Origin: an uncultured virus (IMG/VR IMGVR_UViG_3300021599_002910)
Lineage: Duplodnaviria; Heunggongvirae; Uroviricota; Caudoviricetes
DNA: 64,000 nt
Direction: 5' to 3' (one strand)
IMG/VR virus record: IMGVR_UViG_3300021599_002910
Span: 1-64,000 of that record
The translations under genes were made by a program, and so were the position numbers. This document shows positions 9,690 through 19,615 of this stretch, in pieces. Below the pieces are notes generated by a model. That model saw nothing but the letters and a program-made list of their open reading frames with translations, searched no databases and was not told the DNA's origin. The first letter of the stretch is position 1. Every line of letters starts with the position of its first letter.

Positions 9690-10792
9690 TTTTATTGAAT
9701 TTTCCAAAATATGATTATTTGATAGTAGGGGCGGGACCATTCGGTTCCGTTTGTGCTTACGAACTAACTAAGAAAGGAAAAAAATGTTTGGTAATTGATA
9801 AAAGACCTGTAATAGGTGGAAACTGTTATACTGAAAACGTGGACGGTATTCACGTTCACAAATATGGTGCACATATTTTCCATACCAACGACAAACATAT
9901 TTGGGATTACGTGAATCAATTTGCCGAGTTTAGACAATACACACATAATGTAATTGCGAACTACAAGGGCGAAATGTTTACATTACCATTCAACATGTGG
10001 ACATTCAATCAACTTTGGAAAGTCAACGAACCTGAAAGAGCGAAACAAATTATTGAGGAGATTAAATATAAGGGAAAGATAACCAATCTCGAAGAACAGG
10101 CAATGTCAATGGTGGGTGATGAAATTTATCAGAAACTCATCAAGGGATATACTGAAAAACAATGGAACAAAAACTGTCAGGAACTACCCCCGTCAATTAT
10201 CAAAAGATTACCTTTAAGGTTTACTTGGGATAGTAATTACTTCAATGACAAATATACAGGGATGCCAATTGGAGGTTATACTCAAATATTTGAAAAGATG
10301 TTACAGAAATGTGATGTTGAATTAGGGGTAGACTACTTCGAATCGAAGTTATATCATGATTCGCTAGCTCAAAAGGTAATCTACACAGGTCCCATAGATA
10401 GATTTTTTGACTACCTTTATGGAAATTTAGAATATAGAAGTTTGGAATGGGAAACAAAACGTTTGGAAAAAGATAATTTTCAAGGGGTTCCCGTGGTTAA
10501 CTATACTGACCGAGAAACACCATACACAAGAATATTAGAACATAAGTGGTTTGACCCACAAAATCAAAAAGGAACAATTATTAGTTATGAATTCCCTGCA
10601 GATTATAATGGTGAGAATGAACCTTACTATCCAATAAGAGACGATAGAAATACCCTAATTTACGAAAAGTATAAAGAATTGACGAATGATTTACCAAATT
10701 ATTATTTTGGTGGTAGATTAGCAACATACGTTTATTACGACATGCACCAAATAATTGCACAAGCGTTAAATTTGGTTAAGCAACTTGACTAA
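9686..10792 (+). CDS. glf: UDP-galactopyranose mutase
   Basis: LIVGAG, HKYGAHIFHT, YTEKQW, EPYYP, GRLATYVYYDMHQ. Confidence 0.95.
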   Translation: MILLNFPKYDYLIVGAGPFGSVCAYELTKKGKKCLVIDKRPVIGGNCYTENVDGIHVHKYGAHIFHTNDKHIWDYVNQFAEFRQYTHNVIANYKGEMFTLPFNMWTFNQLWKVNEPERAKQIIEEIKYKGKITNLEEQAMSMVGDEIYQKLIKGYTEKQWNKNCQELPPSIIKRLPLRFTWDSNYFNDKYTGMPIGGYTQIFEKMLQKCDVELGVDYFESKLYHDSLAQKVIYTGPIDRFFDYLYGNLEYRSLEWETKRLEKDNFQGVPVVNYTDRETPYTRILEHKWFDPQNQKGTIISYEFPADYNGENEPYYPIRDDRNTLIYEKYKELTNDLPNYYFGGRLATYVYYDMHQIIAQALNLVKQLD

Positions 10793-10814
10793 GATGTCTT
10801 TATACACTATACTT
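10786..10814 (+). promoter_or_regulatory. putative promoter TTGACT-N17-TATACT
   Basis: Directly upstream of the 10834 gene. Confidence 0.45.
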
Positions 10815-10833
10815 CTGAACTAAATACAAATTT

Positions 10834-11262
10834 ATGAATATTAAACAAGCATTGAAATACAAGAACAAACTTGTAAAAAAAATCGGAGACGCGTTTCAAA
10901 AAGTGTATACATACAATACTGTTACCGATGGTCAGAACAGACCGTATGATGTTAACGATGCGCTTATGGAATATTTCAAATTGTCTTCAGAGTTGGTAAG
11001 TCTAAAAGAAAAAATACACCTTGCCAACCAACCAATATATGGTAAGATTTTTTTGATGTCCGAACTCAAGTCTCAGGCTCAAAAACTAGCCGCTCTAAGT
11101 TGTGAAGAGGGTAAAAGTAAAAACCGATACAGCGATGAGACTGAATATAAGACAAGTGTCATCAATATTATCTCAAGGGATAATATGATAAAAAATATCG
11201 AGGACCAAATCGAAATGTTACAGGATGAGTTAGATGCTCACAACGCAACAACTCAGATATAA
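10834..11262 (+). CDS. DIP1984/DUF6847-like coiled-coil protein
   Basis: M.I.QAL...KL, L..KIH.AN, and C-terminal I..LQ.ELD.HNATT pattern, recalled as typical of this family. Confidence 0.65.
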   Translation: MNIKQALKYKNKLVKKIGDAFQKVYTYNTVTDGQNRPYDVNDALMEYFKLSSELVSLKEKIHLANQPIYGKIFLMSELKSQAQKLAALSCEEGKSKNRYSDETEYKTSVINIISRDNMIKNIEDQIEMLQDELDAHNATTQI

Positions 11263-11267
11263 GTTAT

Positions 11268-11460
11268 AAGGTCGGGTGGGATTGTGATAAAATCAGAGAG
11301 ATAGTTGGCTTCATGTCAACCAGCAACAATTATAGTATGTGATATCCGATGAAGATTTTGTTTAATCAAGATTCAAATCTCAAGTATTCAAAAACAGACC
11401 AACCCTCATCCAATCAAAATTCATATAACTTTTTGATTTTTGAACTTTCTCCCTGACCTT
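11268..11460 (+). ncRNA. candidate ~190-nt structured RNA
   Basis: Nested helices AAGGTCGGG/CCTGACCTT, AAAATCAGAGAG/CTTTTTGATTTT, GTTGGC/GTCAAC, ATGAA-TTTTG/CAAAATTCAT around a TCAA-repeat loop. Confidence 0.6.
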
Positions 11461-11484
11461 TCCCTTTCATGGATATTTATTTAC

Positions 11485-11886
11485 ATGAAAGTTTGTCTCA
11501 AAAACATATCAAAATCAAATTTATCGGATTCAATTGATGTAATTAAGGATTTTTGTCAGTTATTACAAGATGAATTGAAATTAAAAAAAGACGTTCATAT
11601 TCATTTTGAAAATGAGAGAAATGAAAATATGACAACAGGTGTTAGAATGCCCGAAAGTGAGATTTTTGTTCTTTGTAAAGGTAGACTTTTAATTGATATT
11701 TTAAGGACGTTAGCCCATGAATGGGTTCACGAATATCAACATCAGTCAATGGGTGTTCCTGAGGATGAACCTATACAAGATATTGGAGGTCCTGAAGAAA
11801 ATATGGCGAGTGTTCTATCATCCGTCTTTTTGAAAAAGTTTCAAAAACAATTTCCTCAACATATAAAAAAAATATTCGGAGAGTGA
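11485..11886 (+). CDS. HExxH zinc metallopeptidase-like protein
   Basis: DILRTLAHEWVHEYQ...GGPEEN; start after TATTTAT. Confidence 0.7.
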   Translation: MKVCLKNISKSNLSDSIDVIKDFCQLLQDELKLKKDVHIHFENERNENMTTGVRMPESEIFVLCKGRLLIDILRTLAHEWVHEYQHQSMGVPEDEPIQDIGGPEENMASVLSSVFLKKFQKQFPQHIKKIFGE

Positions 11887-12500
11887 TTTTACGTGAACAA
11901 ATATTAAGAATTAAAAGACTCATAAATGAGTTATCACCTGATTCTTCAGGTGTTCAGGAATTTCTTGATGACGTGAAAAAACATCCTGAGCTCCTCAAAC
12001 ATTTGAAATTTAACAAATTCAAAGACTTAGAAGATTACGTCTATGATGCTGGCATTTCAGATTTTGATGACCTAAGAAATGAGGTCAACTATTTTATGGA
12101 GAGAAGGAAAAGATACTTGAAGTCAGAAATGGACGAAATAGAAAGAGTAGTTCAAGATTTGAATAGAGACGAAAATATCGATATATCTGTCGAAGATGTT
12201 TATCGTGCATTAGACAACGCCATCGAAGTTAAAATACCCGACGAGGTTTGGAACAATCTTGAAAATACGGAATGTAATCAAATCAAAAAAGGTGAGATGA
12301 AAAAAGTAATGGCTCTTGCAAAAAAGTATAACAAACAAGACCCACGAGAGTTGAAAAAAGCCCTTCAAAGTGGTGACTACAAAAGACCACTAATACTCAA
12401 ATTTGGTGACAGATTCCATTTAGTTGCTGGTAACACAAGACTTTGCACTGCAGCTGCGATGGGAATCAAACCACAAGTTCTCATAGGAGAGATATTTTAA
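11883..12500 (+). CDS. ParB/Srx-fold protein with leader
   Basis: PLILKFGDRFHLVAGNTRL motif; GTG start, LREQILRIK leader. Confidence 0.65.
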   Translation: MILREQILRIKRLINELSPDSSGVQEFLDDVKKHPELLKHLKFNKFKDLEDYVYDAGISDFDDLRNEVNYFMERRKRYLKSEMDEIERVVQDLNRDENIDISVEDVYRALDNAIEVKIPDEVWNNLENTECNQIKKGEMKKVMALAKKYNKQDPRELKKALQSGDYKRPLILKFGDRFHLVAGNTRLCTAAAMGIKPQVLIGEIF

Positions 12501-12511
12501 TAGACAATATA

Positions 12512-12546
12512 TTTGAAGATACAAAATATTTTACTATTTTTGTATC
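12512..12546 (+). promoter_or_regulatory. Bacteroidetes-type promoter overlapped by an inverted repeat
   Basis: TTTG(12512)-N19-TATTTTTG(12535); GATACAAAA/TTTTGTATC inverted repeat. Confidence 0.55.
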
Positions 12547-12864
12547 GTGAATACAACTGCGAAAGAGTTAAATATTAAGTCAAGAACAACAGGATTTGCA
12601 TCTCCCGCCGAATCTTATGTAGACAAACGTTTAGACCTCAATGATTTAATCATTCAGAACACGTATACGACCTTTTATTTCCGTTATATGGGTCCAAACA
12701 CACTTGGAGTCAAGACAGGAAATATCCTCGTCATAGACCGTTCTATTGACCCTACAGAAGGTGAGTTAGTTGTCCTCACAGAGAAAGACCATTTTAAAAT
12801 TAGAAAATACGAAGGACAAGAGAATGTTTGGGGGAGAGTCTCTTGGATTTTAAACAAGTTATAA
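12547..12864 (+). CDS. umuD: UmuD-like (S24) protein with degenerate catalytic motif
   Basis: TGFASPAESYVDKRLDLN, TFYFR, G.ILVIDRS, VWGRV; GDSM replaced by GPNT. Confidence 0.8.
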   Translation: MNTTAKELNIKSRTTGFASPAESYVDKRLDLNDLIIQNTYTTFYFRYMGPNTLGVKTGNILVIDRSIDPTEGELVVLTEKDHFKIRKYEGQENVWGRVSWILNKL

Positions 12865-12865
12865 G

Positions 12866-13435
12866 ATGAAGAATTTAATTATCATTGCACATCCTGACAA
12901 ACAGAGTTTTTGTTACAACGGAATACAAAAAACAATTGCAGATACCTTAGAATCTAATAAAGAAGATTTCTATATTGTAGACCTCTATGCGGAAAACAAG
13001 ACATTTGATTTTGGTAAAGATAAAGTTAGGGAATATAAAGACTTAATTACATGGACAGATAGAATATATTTCATATCTCCTGTTTGGTGGTTTAGGACAA
13101 CACCAATGTTAGAGGCGTTCTTTGACCAAATATTCACACCAGGGTTTGCATACAAGTTCATACCAGTCACAAAAAAATACGGATATCCAAAACCTTTGTT
13201 GAAGGATAAAAAGGTTCGAACTTATTTGACTCATGGTGCACCATCATTACCCGTCCTTACTTTATATCTAAACTCAGTTAAACTAAGATTAGTAATGGGG
13301 GTTTATTCATTTGTTTTTGGTTGGTTCAGAACAAAGACACGTCAGTTTTGGAGTGTTCCATTCGTGAGTCAAAATGAGAGATTGGTCTATCTCGATAAAG
13401 TAAAATCAGATGTAAGAGGAGATTTAAAAAAATGA
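12866..13435 (+). CDS. NAD(P)H-dependent oxidoreductase, flavodoxin-2 family
   Basis: IIAHP..SF, PVWW, FFDQIFTPGFAY. Confidence 0.9.
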   Translation: MKNLIIIAHPDKQSFCYNGIQKTIADTLESNKEDFYIVDLYAENKTFDFGKDKVREYKDLITWTDRIYFISPVWWFRTTPMLEAFFDQIFTPGFAYKFIPVTKKYGYPKPLLKDKKVRTYLTHGAPSLPVLTLYLNSVKLRLVMGVYSFVFGWFRTKTRQFWSVPFVSQNERLVYLDKVKSDVRGDLKK

Positions 13436-13812
13436 AATATAGAACAAGAAAGTTAATTAAACCGAGTGATTTGAATGCTAGGGGAACATTATTTGGAGGA
13501 CAAGTTTTAAAGTGGATTGACGAAGAGGCTGCAATATTTGCTGTCTGTCAATTAGGAGAAAGAAACATTGTAACCAAAGCGATGAGTGAAATAAATTTTG
13601 TTTCAACCGCAGTGGTAGGTGATATAGTGGAATTTGGTATGGAACTGATTAATGTTGGAAATACCTCAATTACAATTGCGTGTGATGTTAGAAACAAAAT
13701 GACAAAACAATCTGTAATCAAAATTGACAAAATTGTTTTTGTTAATTTAGATGAGAATGGAAAACCAAAACCACACGGAAAACCTAAAATAGATAAAAAT
13801 GCAGTCCAATAA
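13432..13812 (+). CDS. acyl-CoA thioesterase (hotdog fold)
   Basis: [21 protein letters not shown]...[10 protein letters not shown]. Confidence 0.9.
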   Translation: MKYRTRKLIKPSDLNARGTLFGGQVLKWIDEEAAIFAVCQLGERNIVTKAMSEINFVSTAVVGDIVEFGMELINVGNTSITIACDVRNKMTKQSVIKIDKIVFVNLDENGKPKPHGKPKIDKNAVQ

Positions 13813-15007
13813 AAAAATCGGTATTGTAGATTGTAACAATTTTTACGTTAGTTGTGAAAGAGTTTTCAATCCAATCTCCATTGGGAGACCTACAGTTGTT
13901 TTATCTAACAACGATGGTTGTGTTATTGCCCGCTCTCAAGAAGCCAAAGCCCTTGGAATCAAAATGGGTGAACCTTTCTTTATGAAAAAAGACTTCATGG
14001 AAGAACATAGATTCTGTGTTTATTCATCAAACTATAACTTGTATGGAGATATGTCAGACAGAGTCATGACAACCATAAAGAAGTATGCTAAAGAAGTTGA
14101 GGTCTATTCTATTGATGAGTGTTTTGTGGATTTTTCTAATATACCCGATGATGAACTTTTAGATAGATTACATCTTATTCGTAATGAGGTTAAAAGACTT
14201 ACAGGAGTTCCTGTTTCAATAGGTGTCGGTCCAAATAAGACATTAGCCAAACTTACATCACATATAGCCAAACAACAACAATCATACGATGGTGTTTGTT
14301 CATATTGGAGTTTGCATGATTTTAGGGAATCACTTTACACAATATCTGTAGATGAGGTTTGGGGTATTGGTAGACAGTGGAATAAAAAATTAAAAAACTT
14401 AGGAGTTGAGAGTGTTGGTCAATTTGTTATGATGTCTGATAGTATTGTCAGAAAAATGATGAATGTAAATGGACTTAGAACAAAGTGTGAACTTCTTGGT
14501 ATGTATTGTCATCCTGTAAAACCATTACCAAAGTTAAAAAAGAACATAGCATCAACAAGGTCATTCGGACAAGACGTAAATGATTTTAATCAATTATCTG
14601 AGGCCATGTATACATATATTAAAAACGGGGTGAAAAAACTTATTGATAATGAAATATCACCAAACCGAGCAACCATATTTTTAAGTGGAAATGTTCATAA
14701 AGGTGAAAAACATTACTCGAGTAAACAGATTACATTTCAAAAACAAACAAGAGATGTGGATGAAATATGGAGCCAGGTATATCCACACTTAAAGAAAATT
14801 TATAACTCAAGTAAGAATTATAAAAAATGTGGAATTATATTTAATGAACTTATGCCCGAGAATATAGAACAACCCACTTTATTTACAACTTCAATACAGT
14901 TAGTTCAGGCACCCATAAACAAAAAAAAAGAGTGGGAGATGAGACAAGATTTCATGTCCCAAAAGTATACCACATCTTGGGATGAAATACCCAAAGTTTT
15001 CGTATGA
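13799..15007 (+). CDS. umuC: Y-family DNA polymerase (UmuC-like)
   Basis: [35 protein letters not shown]-terminal W.MR..MS..YTT.W. Confidence 0.95.
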   Translation: MQSNKKIGIVDCNNFYVSCERVFNPISIGRPTVVLSNNDGCVIARSQEAKALGIKMGEPFFMKKDFMEEHRFCVYSSNYNLYGDMSDRVMTTIKKYAKEVEVYSIDECFVDFSNIPDDELLDRLHLIRNEVKRLTGVPVSIGVGPNKTLAKLTSHIAKQQQSYDGVCSYWSLHDFRESLYTISVDEVWGIGRQWNKKLKNLGVESVGQFVMMSDSIVRKMMNVNGLRTKCELLGMYCHPVKPLPKLKKNIASTRSFGQDVNDFNQLSEAMYTYIKNGVKKLIDNEISPNRATIFLSGNVHKGEKHYSSKQITFQKQTRDVDEIWSQVYPHLKKIYNSSKNYKKCGIIFNELMPENIEQPTLFTTSIQLVQAPINKKKEWEMRQDFMSQKYTTSWDEIPKVFV

Positions 15008-15588
15008 ACATATCAGAAATTAATAAATCATTTGTTTGGTTACAAGCTAGAACAGGTTCGGTTCATTGTGTAAAAGTTTTGAAAAACTACGGATTTTCAA
15101 CTTACAAAAAAACGCCTGATGGTTTGAAAGTAATCCCGTTAAACAATAACCATTCCTTCGATTATCCAAGCGGACACAAAGATTATATTTTTTTATCTAC
15201 GGCTCGAAATCCATTTTCAAGAATTTTATCTTTTTATAAATTTAATCACAAAAATCCGAATATTTGGAGTCCTGAAAGTTTTCAGAACTATTTTTATATG
15301 AACTTTCCTAAAACAACATTGAGATGTATAATTTGGCCATTTAAGGAAAGGACTCCGGATTATTTTATCAGAATCGAAAATCTTTATGATGATTACAATA
15401 AAATACCTTTCATAGCAAATTCCGATTTCGATAAATTAGTTCAAATTAGAAATTTATGTTCTATTAAAGATAATGATACCGATGTCATAAATGACGTTGA
15501 CAAATATTTCACTCAGGAAATCAAAGATATTATTTTTTCCTGTTCTCAAGACTACTGTAGTATGTTAAACTATGATTATCCATTCTGA
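15004..15588 (+). CDS. sulfotransferase-family (Sulfotransfer_2-like) protein
   Basis: RTGS 5'-PSB-like and [10 protein letters not shown] 3'-PB-like motifs; DYFIRIENL. Confidence 0.65.
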   Translation: MNISEINKSFVWLQARTGSVHCVKVLKNYGFSTYKKTPDGLKVIPLNNNHSFDYPSGHKDYIFLSTARNPFSRILSFYKFNHKNPNIWSPESFQNYFYMNFPKTTLRCIIWPFKERTPDYFIRIENLYDDYNKIPFIANSDFDKLVQIRNLCSIKDNDTDVINDVDKYFTQEIKDIIFSCSQDYCSMLNYDYPF

Positions 15589-15590
15589 CA

Positions 15591-16208
15591 ATGAGAACAA
15601 CTAAATTGTTAAATATATCTGAGGAAATGAAATCATTTCTTTGGACACCACCCAAAACAGGTTCACACCATGCGGTAACAGTATTCAGTTGTCTACCTTT
15701 CACTTTCATGGAGTGCAGTTCAGATAGGTCTGAAGTTAAGAGGAAATCCAATTTTCCAGGTCATTTCCACAACACGGATTTGTTTGACGGTCACGAAAAC
15801 TACTCTCTCATTTGCACGGCTAGAAACCCACTCACAAGATTGGTCTCAGCCTACAAATTCCAAAACCAAGTTAAGGAAATCAGTCCAAAAGGATTCAAGG
15901 AATTTTTTTCGAATTACATCAGGAGCACATCATTTGATTATTTTCTTTCAGGGACTGTCGAAGTTCCTAGAGTTCCTGATTTTTATGTCAGAACCGAGAG
16001 TTTATATGAAGATTACGTAAAAATTCCATTCATATCAGATAGTAATCTTTCCAAATCAGGTTTATTGAAAGAGCTTTGTGGAAAACTCAAAAATGAGTCC
16101 CACAGGGAGTTGGATTTAAAAGAATGTTATACAGATGATATGATTGAATACTTATACGAAAAAAATCGTTGGTATTTTGATAAATTGGGTTATGAACCAA
16201 AAATATGA
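15591..16208 (+). CDS. sulfotransferase-family protein
   Basis: PKTGS, ARNPLTRLVSAY, DFYVRTESL. Confidence 0.7.
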   Translation: MRTTKLLNISEEMKSFLWTPPKTGSHHAVTVFSCLPFTFMECSSDRSEVKRKSNFPGHFHNTDLFDGHENYSLICTARNPLTRLVSAYKFQNQVKEISPKGFKEFFSNYIRSTSFDYFLSGTVEVPRVPDFYVRTESLYEDYVKIPFISDSNLSKSGLLKELCGKLKNESHRELDLKECYTDDMIEYLYEKNRWYFDKLGYEPKI

Positions 16209-16390
16209 GTGATAAGAAACAAACAGGAATTTTTATTCCGATTAAGGTTGGTGATATAATTTACACGGGTAGATTTAGAAATAGAAGAACCACGGTCAAG
16301 ACAATCGGTGTTGATGAATTTGGTATGCCAACAATCAATGGAAAGCGGGTTTGTAATTTCAAAATTACGAATAAGGAGAAAAAAGATTAG
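16205..16390 (+). CDS. small conserved-looking phage protein
   Basis: IKVGD.I.TGRF.N....VK.IG.DE.GMPTING. Confidence 0.7.
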   Translation: MSDKKQTGIFIPIKVGDIIYTGRFRNRRTTVKTIGVDEFGMPTINGKRVCNFKITNKEKKD

Positions 16391-17136
16391 ATTTTTTTGT
16401 GATAAATCGATGCAACAAAGTAATCGATATCTCCACCTGATTTTTTGAATTCCTCCTCAGGATTTATTTTTACAAAATCGTTTTTGGATTTACCAGTATC
16501 ACTTGAACTATCCTTATACCAAACATTCGAATATTTTGGTAAAACTTTCGACCATATTCTGAATGAACCTGTGAACAACACCGAACTACTCATAAGGTAA
16601 TCACAGTTCTCAAGTATCGAAAGATACATTTTAAGACCATAACCCATCCCGATTAATTTTCTCTCGGCTGCAGATGTTTGAACAGTTAATGAATTACCTT
16701 TCATATTCGCCTCATCTGTCGAAATTTTACCTACAAAAATTTGAAACATTGGGTCAAAAAAATAAAACTCTTTCTCACTCCCGTTTTTATTGATAAAATA
16801 ACTCAAACCTAATCCTGCTGATTTGAGATTGAATATTTTTTTTGCTAAGTAGTAAGCGAAACCCGTTAATGAGTCGTATCGAGTAAGTTCTCTTGGCTTG
16901 GTTTGTTGCCTTAATCCGAAGTAATTGTATAAGTCGAGGAGTTTGTAATCGGTGATTTTTGTAGGCTGATAACCCAATTTATCAATGTAATATTTTTTTG
17001 CTAATTTGGAAAATTCTTTGAACTTCAATTTCTCACTCATCATCTTTAAAAAATCCTCTAATGGTTGAGTTTCGAAATGGCCTCTAGACCTGTGAAGTTC
17101 ATTTATTTCTATATCTTTTTTTTCGTAAATTAACAT
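16387..17136 (-). CDS. possible GNAT-fold protein
   Basis: GMGYGLKMY motif A-like; S..LF.GS.RIW. Confidence 0.5.
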   Translation of the reverse strand: MLIYEKKDIEINELHRSRGHFETQPLEDFLKMMSEKLKFKEFSKLAKKYYIDKLGYQPTKITDYKLLDLYNYFGLRQQTKPRELTRYDSLTGFAYYLAKKIFNLKSAGLGLSYFINKNGSEKEFYFFDPMFQIFVGKISTDEANMKGNSLTVQTSAAERKLIGMGYGLKMYLSILENCDYLMSSSVLFTGSFRIWSKVLPKYSNVWYKDSSSDTGKSKNDFVKINPEEEFKKSGGDIDYFVASIYHKKI

Positions 17137-17144
17137 ATCAATAC

Positions 17145-17420
17145 TTATTCGTCACACTTTTTTGCCGTAGAACCGACCATCACATCAATTCCCGTAAAAT
17201 TTTTTATAGATTCTTTGACACCGTTTCTCATTCTCTTTGCAACAAATTCAGGTTTTGTTTGAATTGATTGGACAAAGTCGATGTTCAGAATAATGTATAC
17301 CCAAATATTATCGTGCTCATCAAGTTCCTTATCAATGAAGAAACCACATATCCCTTCAACATCCCATTGATTGAGGAAGTTTTCGAGAACCGAAACAATT
17401 TTATCATGTTTGTTTTCCAT
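17145..17420 (-). CDS. hypothetical protein
   Basis: Start MENKHDK after a minus-strand TATTTAT. Confidence 0.7.
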   Translation of the reverse strand: MENKHDKIVSVLENFLNQWDVEGICGFFIDKELDEHDNIWVYIILNIDFVQSIQTKPEFVAKRMRNGVKESIKNFTGIDVMVGSTAKKCDE

Positions 17421-17484
17421 TATTAATAAATATAACAAAGAAATATTCAAAACAATTGTTTGGACCTCAGATATTTATTTTTGG

Positions 17485-18822
17485 ATGAATCTGCAAGAAA
17501 ACATACGAAGAATCAGAGTTCTCATGGGGGAAGCGGTCGAAGACGAAAGTTTCGAAATATCCTATGACGTTGACCCTAAAATTAAGGATTTACAAAATTT
17601 CTTAACATCAAAGAAATATTACATTGGAAAGTTTGGTCCGAACAAGGATGGTGTTGACGGGAAGTATGGTCCATTCACAAAGGCGGCACACGAGGCATTT
17701 AAAGCTGGAATGAAACCAGAGGTTTTCAACAATCGAAGAGAACAAATTGCGCAGAAATATATTGGTGATGTAAAAGATGAGACACTCAGTAAAGAGTTCA
17801 ATTTTCACTTGATTCCTGATGGGAAAAATAATTACCGTTCTGCACAGATACCTGTAACACTTAATGGTAAAGATTATTTGTCAGAGCTTATCGACAAATA
17901 CCGAATAAAAACTATCATCAGATTCAACGGAGACGGTCGTGATTCAAGACATTACTCGACACACCCGATGACAACAATACAATCAGAAAAGAATTTAGCA
18001 GAATCAAAAGGGGTTAAATTCTTTAAACTTTCATCTACTAAAGACCAAGATAAAGTTAATTCATTACTTAGCCAAGGTAATGTTCTCATACACTGTGCTC
18101 ACGGTGCCGATAGAACAGGTGGAAATGTTGGAGGTTACCTTTACCAAAACGGTTGGGGTGACACTAAAAAAATATGGGATTATACAACTAACTACAATGG
18201 TTGGAACCGAATGCTAATGTCTAATCCAAAACTTTTTGTCATGACAGGGTTTTTACCACAAGCACAAAAATTCGGTGTGAAGGATTTAGAACAAGCCATA
18301 GACTTAGCCAATAACAAAAAGACGATAACTAAAGGTAAGAATACTATTTCTCAAGGTAAAAATATCATTATTGGGGATTCACAAGTCCCATATGTTGATA
18401 TGAATACAACTAAAGCGTCGAGGTTGACCAAATCAGGTGGAATTGATGGTCTTTGGGAAGGTGGAAAAACTGTTTCATGGTTGACAGACGCAGTTTCACA
18501 ATATCCCAAGAGTAATGACGTTTCCAATGTAATTATAGTAATTGGGACTAATGGGGGATTTGGTAAATTTACCAAGGATGATATACCCAGATTGTTTAGC
18601 GTTCTGAAATCAAAGTTTCCAAACGCTAACTTTTACGTCGTTCAAGGTTCTTGGGGATGGGGTGGATTGAAAAACATAACAGAAAAAGAAGTGAGAAATT
18701 ACTATAAACAATTTAAACAACAGGGGGCAACCTTGATTGAACCACCGATAGGTAAAATTGAGCCACATTCGAATCATCCTATTTATCAATCTATTGGTTC
18801 GAGTATTGATGGTATGTTATAA
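17485..18822 (+). CDS. fusion: leader + peptidoglycan-binding domain + Cys phosphatase (PTP/DSP) + SGNH hydrolase
   Basis: LQ.FL...GVDGKYGPFT; HCAHGADRTG (CX5R); IIGDSQ...GTNG...PH. Confidence 0.8.
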   Translation: MNLQENIRRIRVLMGEAVEDESFEISYDVDPKIKDLQNFLTSKKYYIGKFGPNKDGVDGKYGPFTKAAHEAFKAGMKPEVFNNRREQIAQKYIGDVKDETLSKEFNFHLIPDGKNNYRSAQIPVTLNGKDYLSELIDKYRIKTIIRFNGDGRDSRHYSTHPMTTIQSEKNLAESKGVKFFKLSSTKDQDKVNSLLSQGNVLIHCAHGADRTGGNVGGYLYQNGWGDTKKIWDYTTNYNGWNRMLMSNPKLFVMTGFLPQAQKFGVKDLEQAIDLANNKKTITKGKNTISQGKNIIIGDSQVPYVDMNTTKASRLTKSGGIDGLWEGGKTVSWLTDAVSQYPKSNDVSNVIIVIGTNGGFGKFTKDDIPRLFSVLKSKFPNANFYVVQGSWGWGGLKNITEKEVRNYYKQFKQQGATLIEPPIGKIEPHSNHPIYQSIGSSIDGML

Positions 18823-18832
18823 ATAAAAAGGA

Positions 18833-19507
18833 ATGAAGATAAGATTAACTGAAGAAAAATTAGTCCAAATTATAACTGAAATTGTTGAACAAGTTAATCA
18901 ACAACCAACAAAGTTATTGGAGGTTCCTCATTTTTTGCAATCAGATGATAGCACCTGTGGACCCGCATCACTCAGGATGGTATTTGGTTACTACGGAAAA
19001 AACATGAGTGAAAAAGATATTGCGGAGATTTGTGACCATACCTATGAATTGGGGTGTAAAAGTGAAGATATGGCATGTGCTGCAGAGGCACTCGGATTTG
19101 ATGTTTATCTTAAAAATAATTCTACAATTGATGAAGTTATTAAGTTGGTTGATGCTAACGTCCCTGTAATTGTTGATTGGTTTTGTGGTGACCCACCTGA
19201 AGGTCACTCTTCAGTTGTTATAGGGTATAATGATGATAACTTATTCATACTTGACCCTTACTTAGAAGAAATGAGGGTTGTCAGTAAAACTGACTTCAGA
19301 AGATGTTGGTTTGACTTTTACGAAACGCCAATCAATCCACAAAACTTATACGTCGGACAAATAATTGTCATAAGACCTAAGTCGGGTCAAAAGATGGAAC
19401 AAACAGAAGGAGAACTGAAAGAGAGATGCTGGAAAGGATACACCCAAAAGGGTATGAAAACGATGTTTGGGAAAAGATACCCAAACTGTGTAAAAATAAA
19501 AAAATAA
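18833..19507 (+). CDS. C39-like cysteine peptidase with leader and C-terminal CWKGY..PNCV module
   Basis: Q..DSTCGPASL.M, GHSSVVIG, ILDP. Confidence 0.8.
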   Translation: MKIRLTEEKLVQIITEIVEQVNQQPTKLLEVPHFLQSDDSTCGPASLRMVFGYYGKNMSEKDIAEICDHTYELGCKSEDMACAAEALGFDVYLKNNSTIDEVIKLVDANVPVIVDWFCGDPPEGHSSVVIGYNDDNLFILDPYLEEMRVVSKTDFRRCWFDFYETPINPQNLYVGQIIVIRPKSGQKMEQTEGELKERCWKGYTQKGMKTMFGKRYPNCVKIKK

Positions 19508-19614
19508 TGGCACAGAAAAAGAAAAAACCGAGACCTATGAGAAGCAAACGCTCAGGGATTAAAACGATGAAAAGAATAAACAAGAACCATGAGGTTCTAA
19601 AAAACTTTAAATAA
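19507..19614 (+). CDS. 35-aa basic peptide
   Basis: MAQKKKKPRPMRSKRSG...; TAATG coupling with the upstream gene. Confidence 0.6.
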   Translation: MAQKKKKPRPMRSKRSGIKTMKRINKNHEVLKNFK

Positions 19615-19615
19615 T

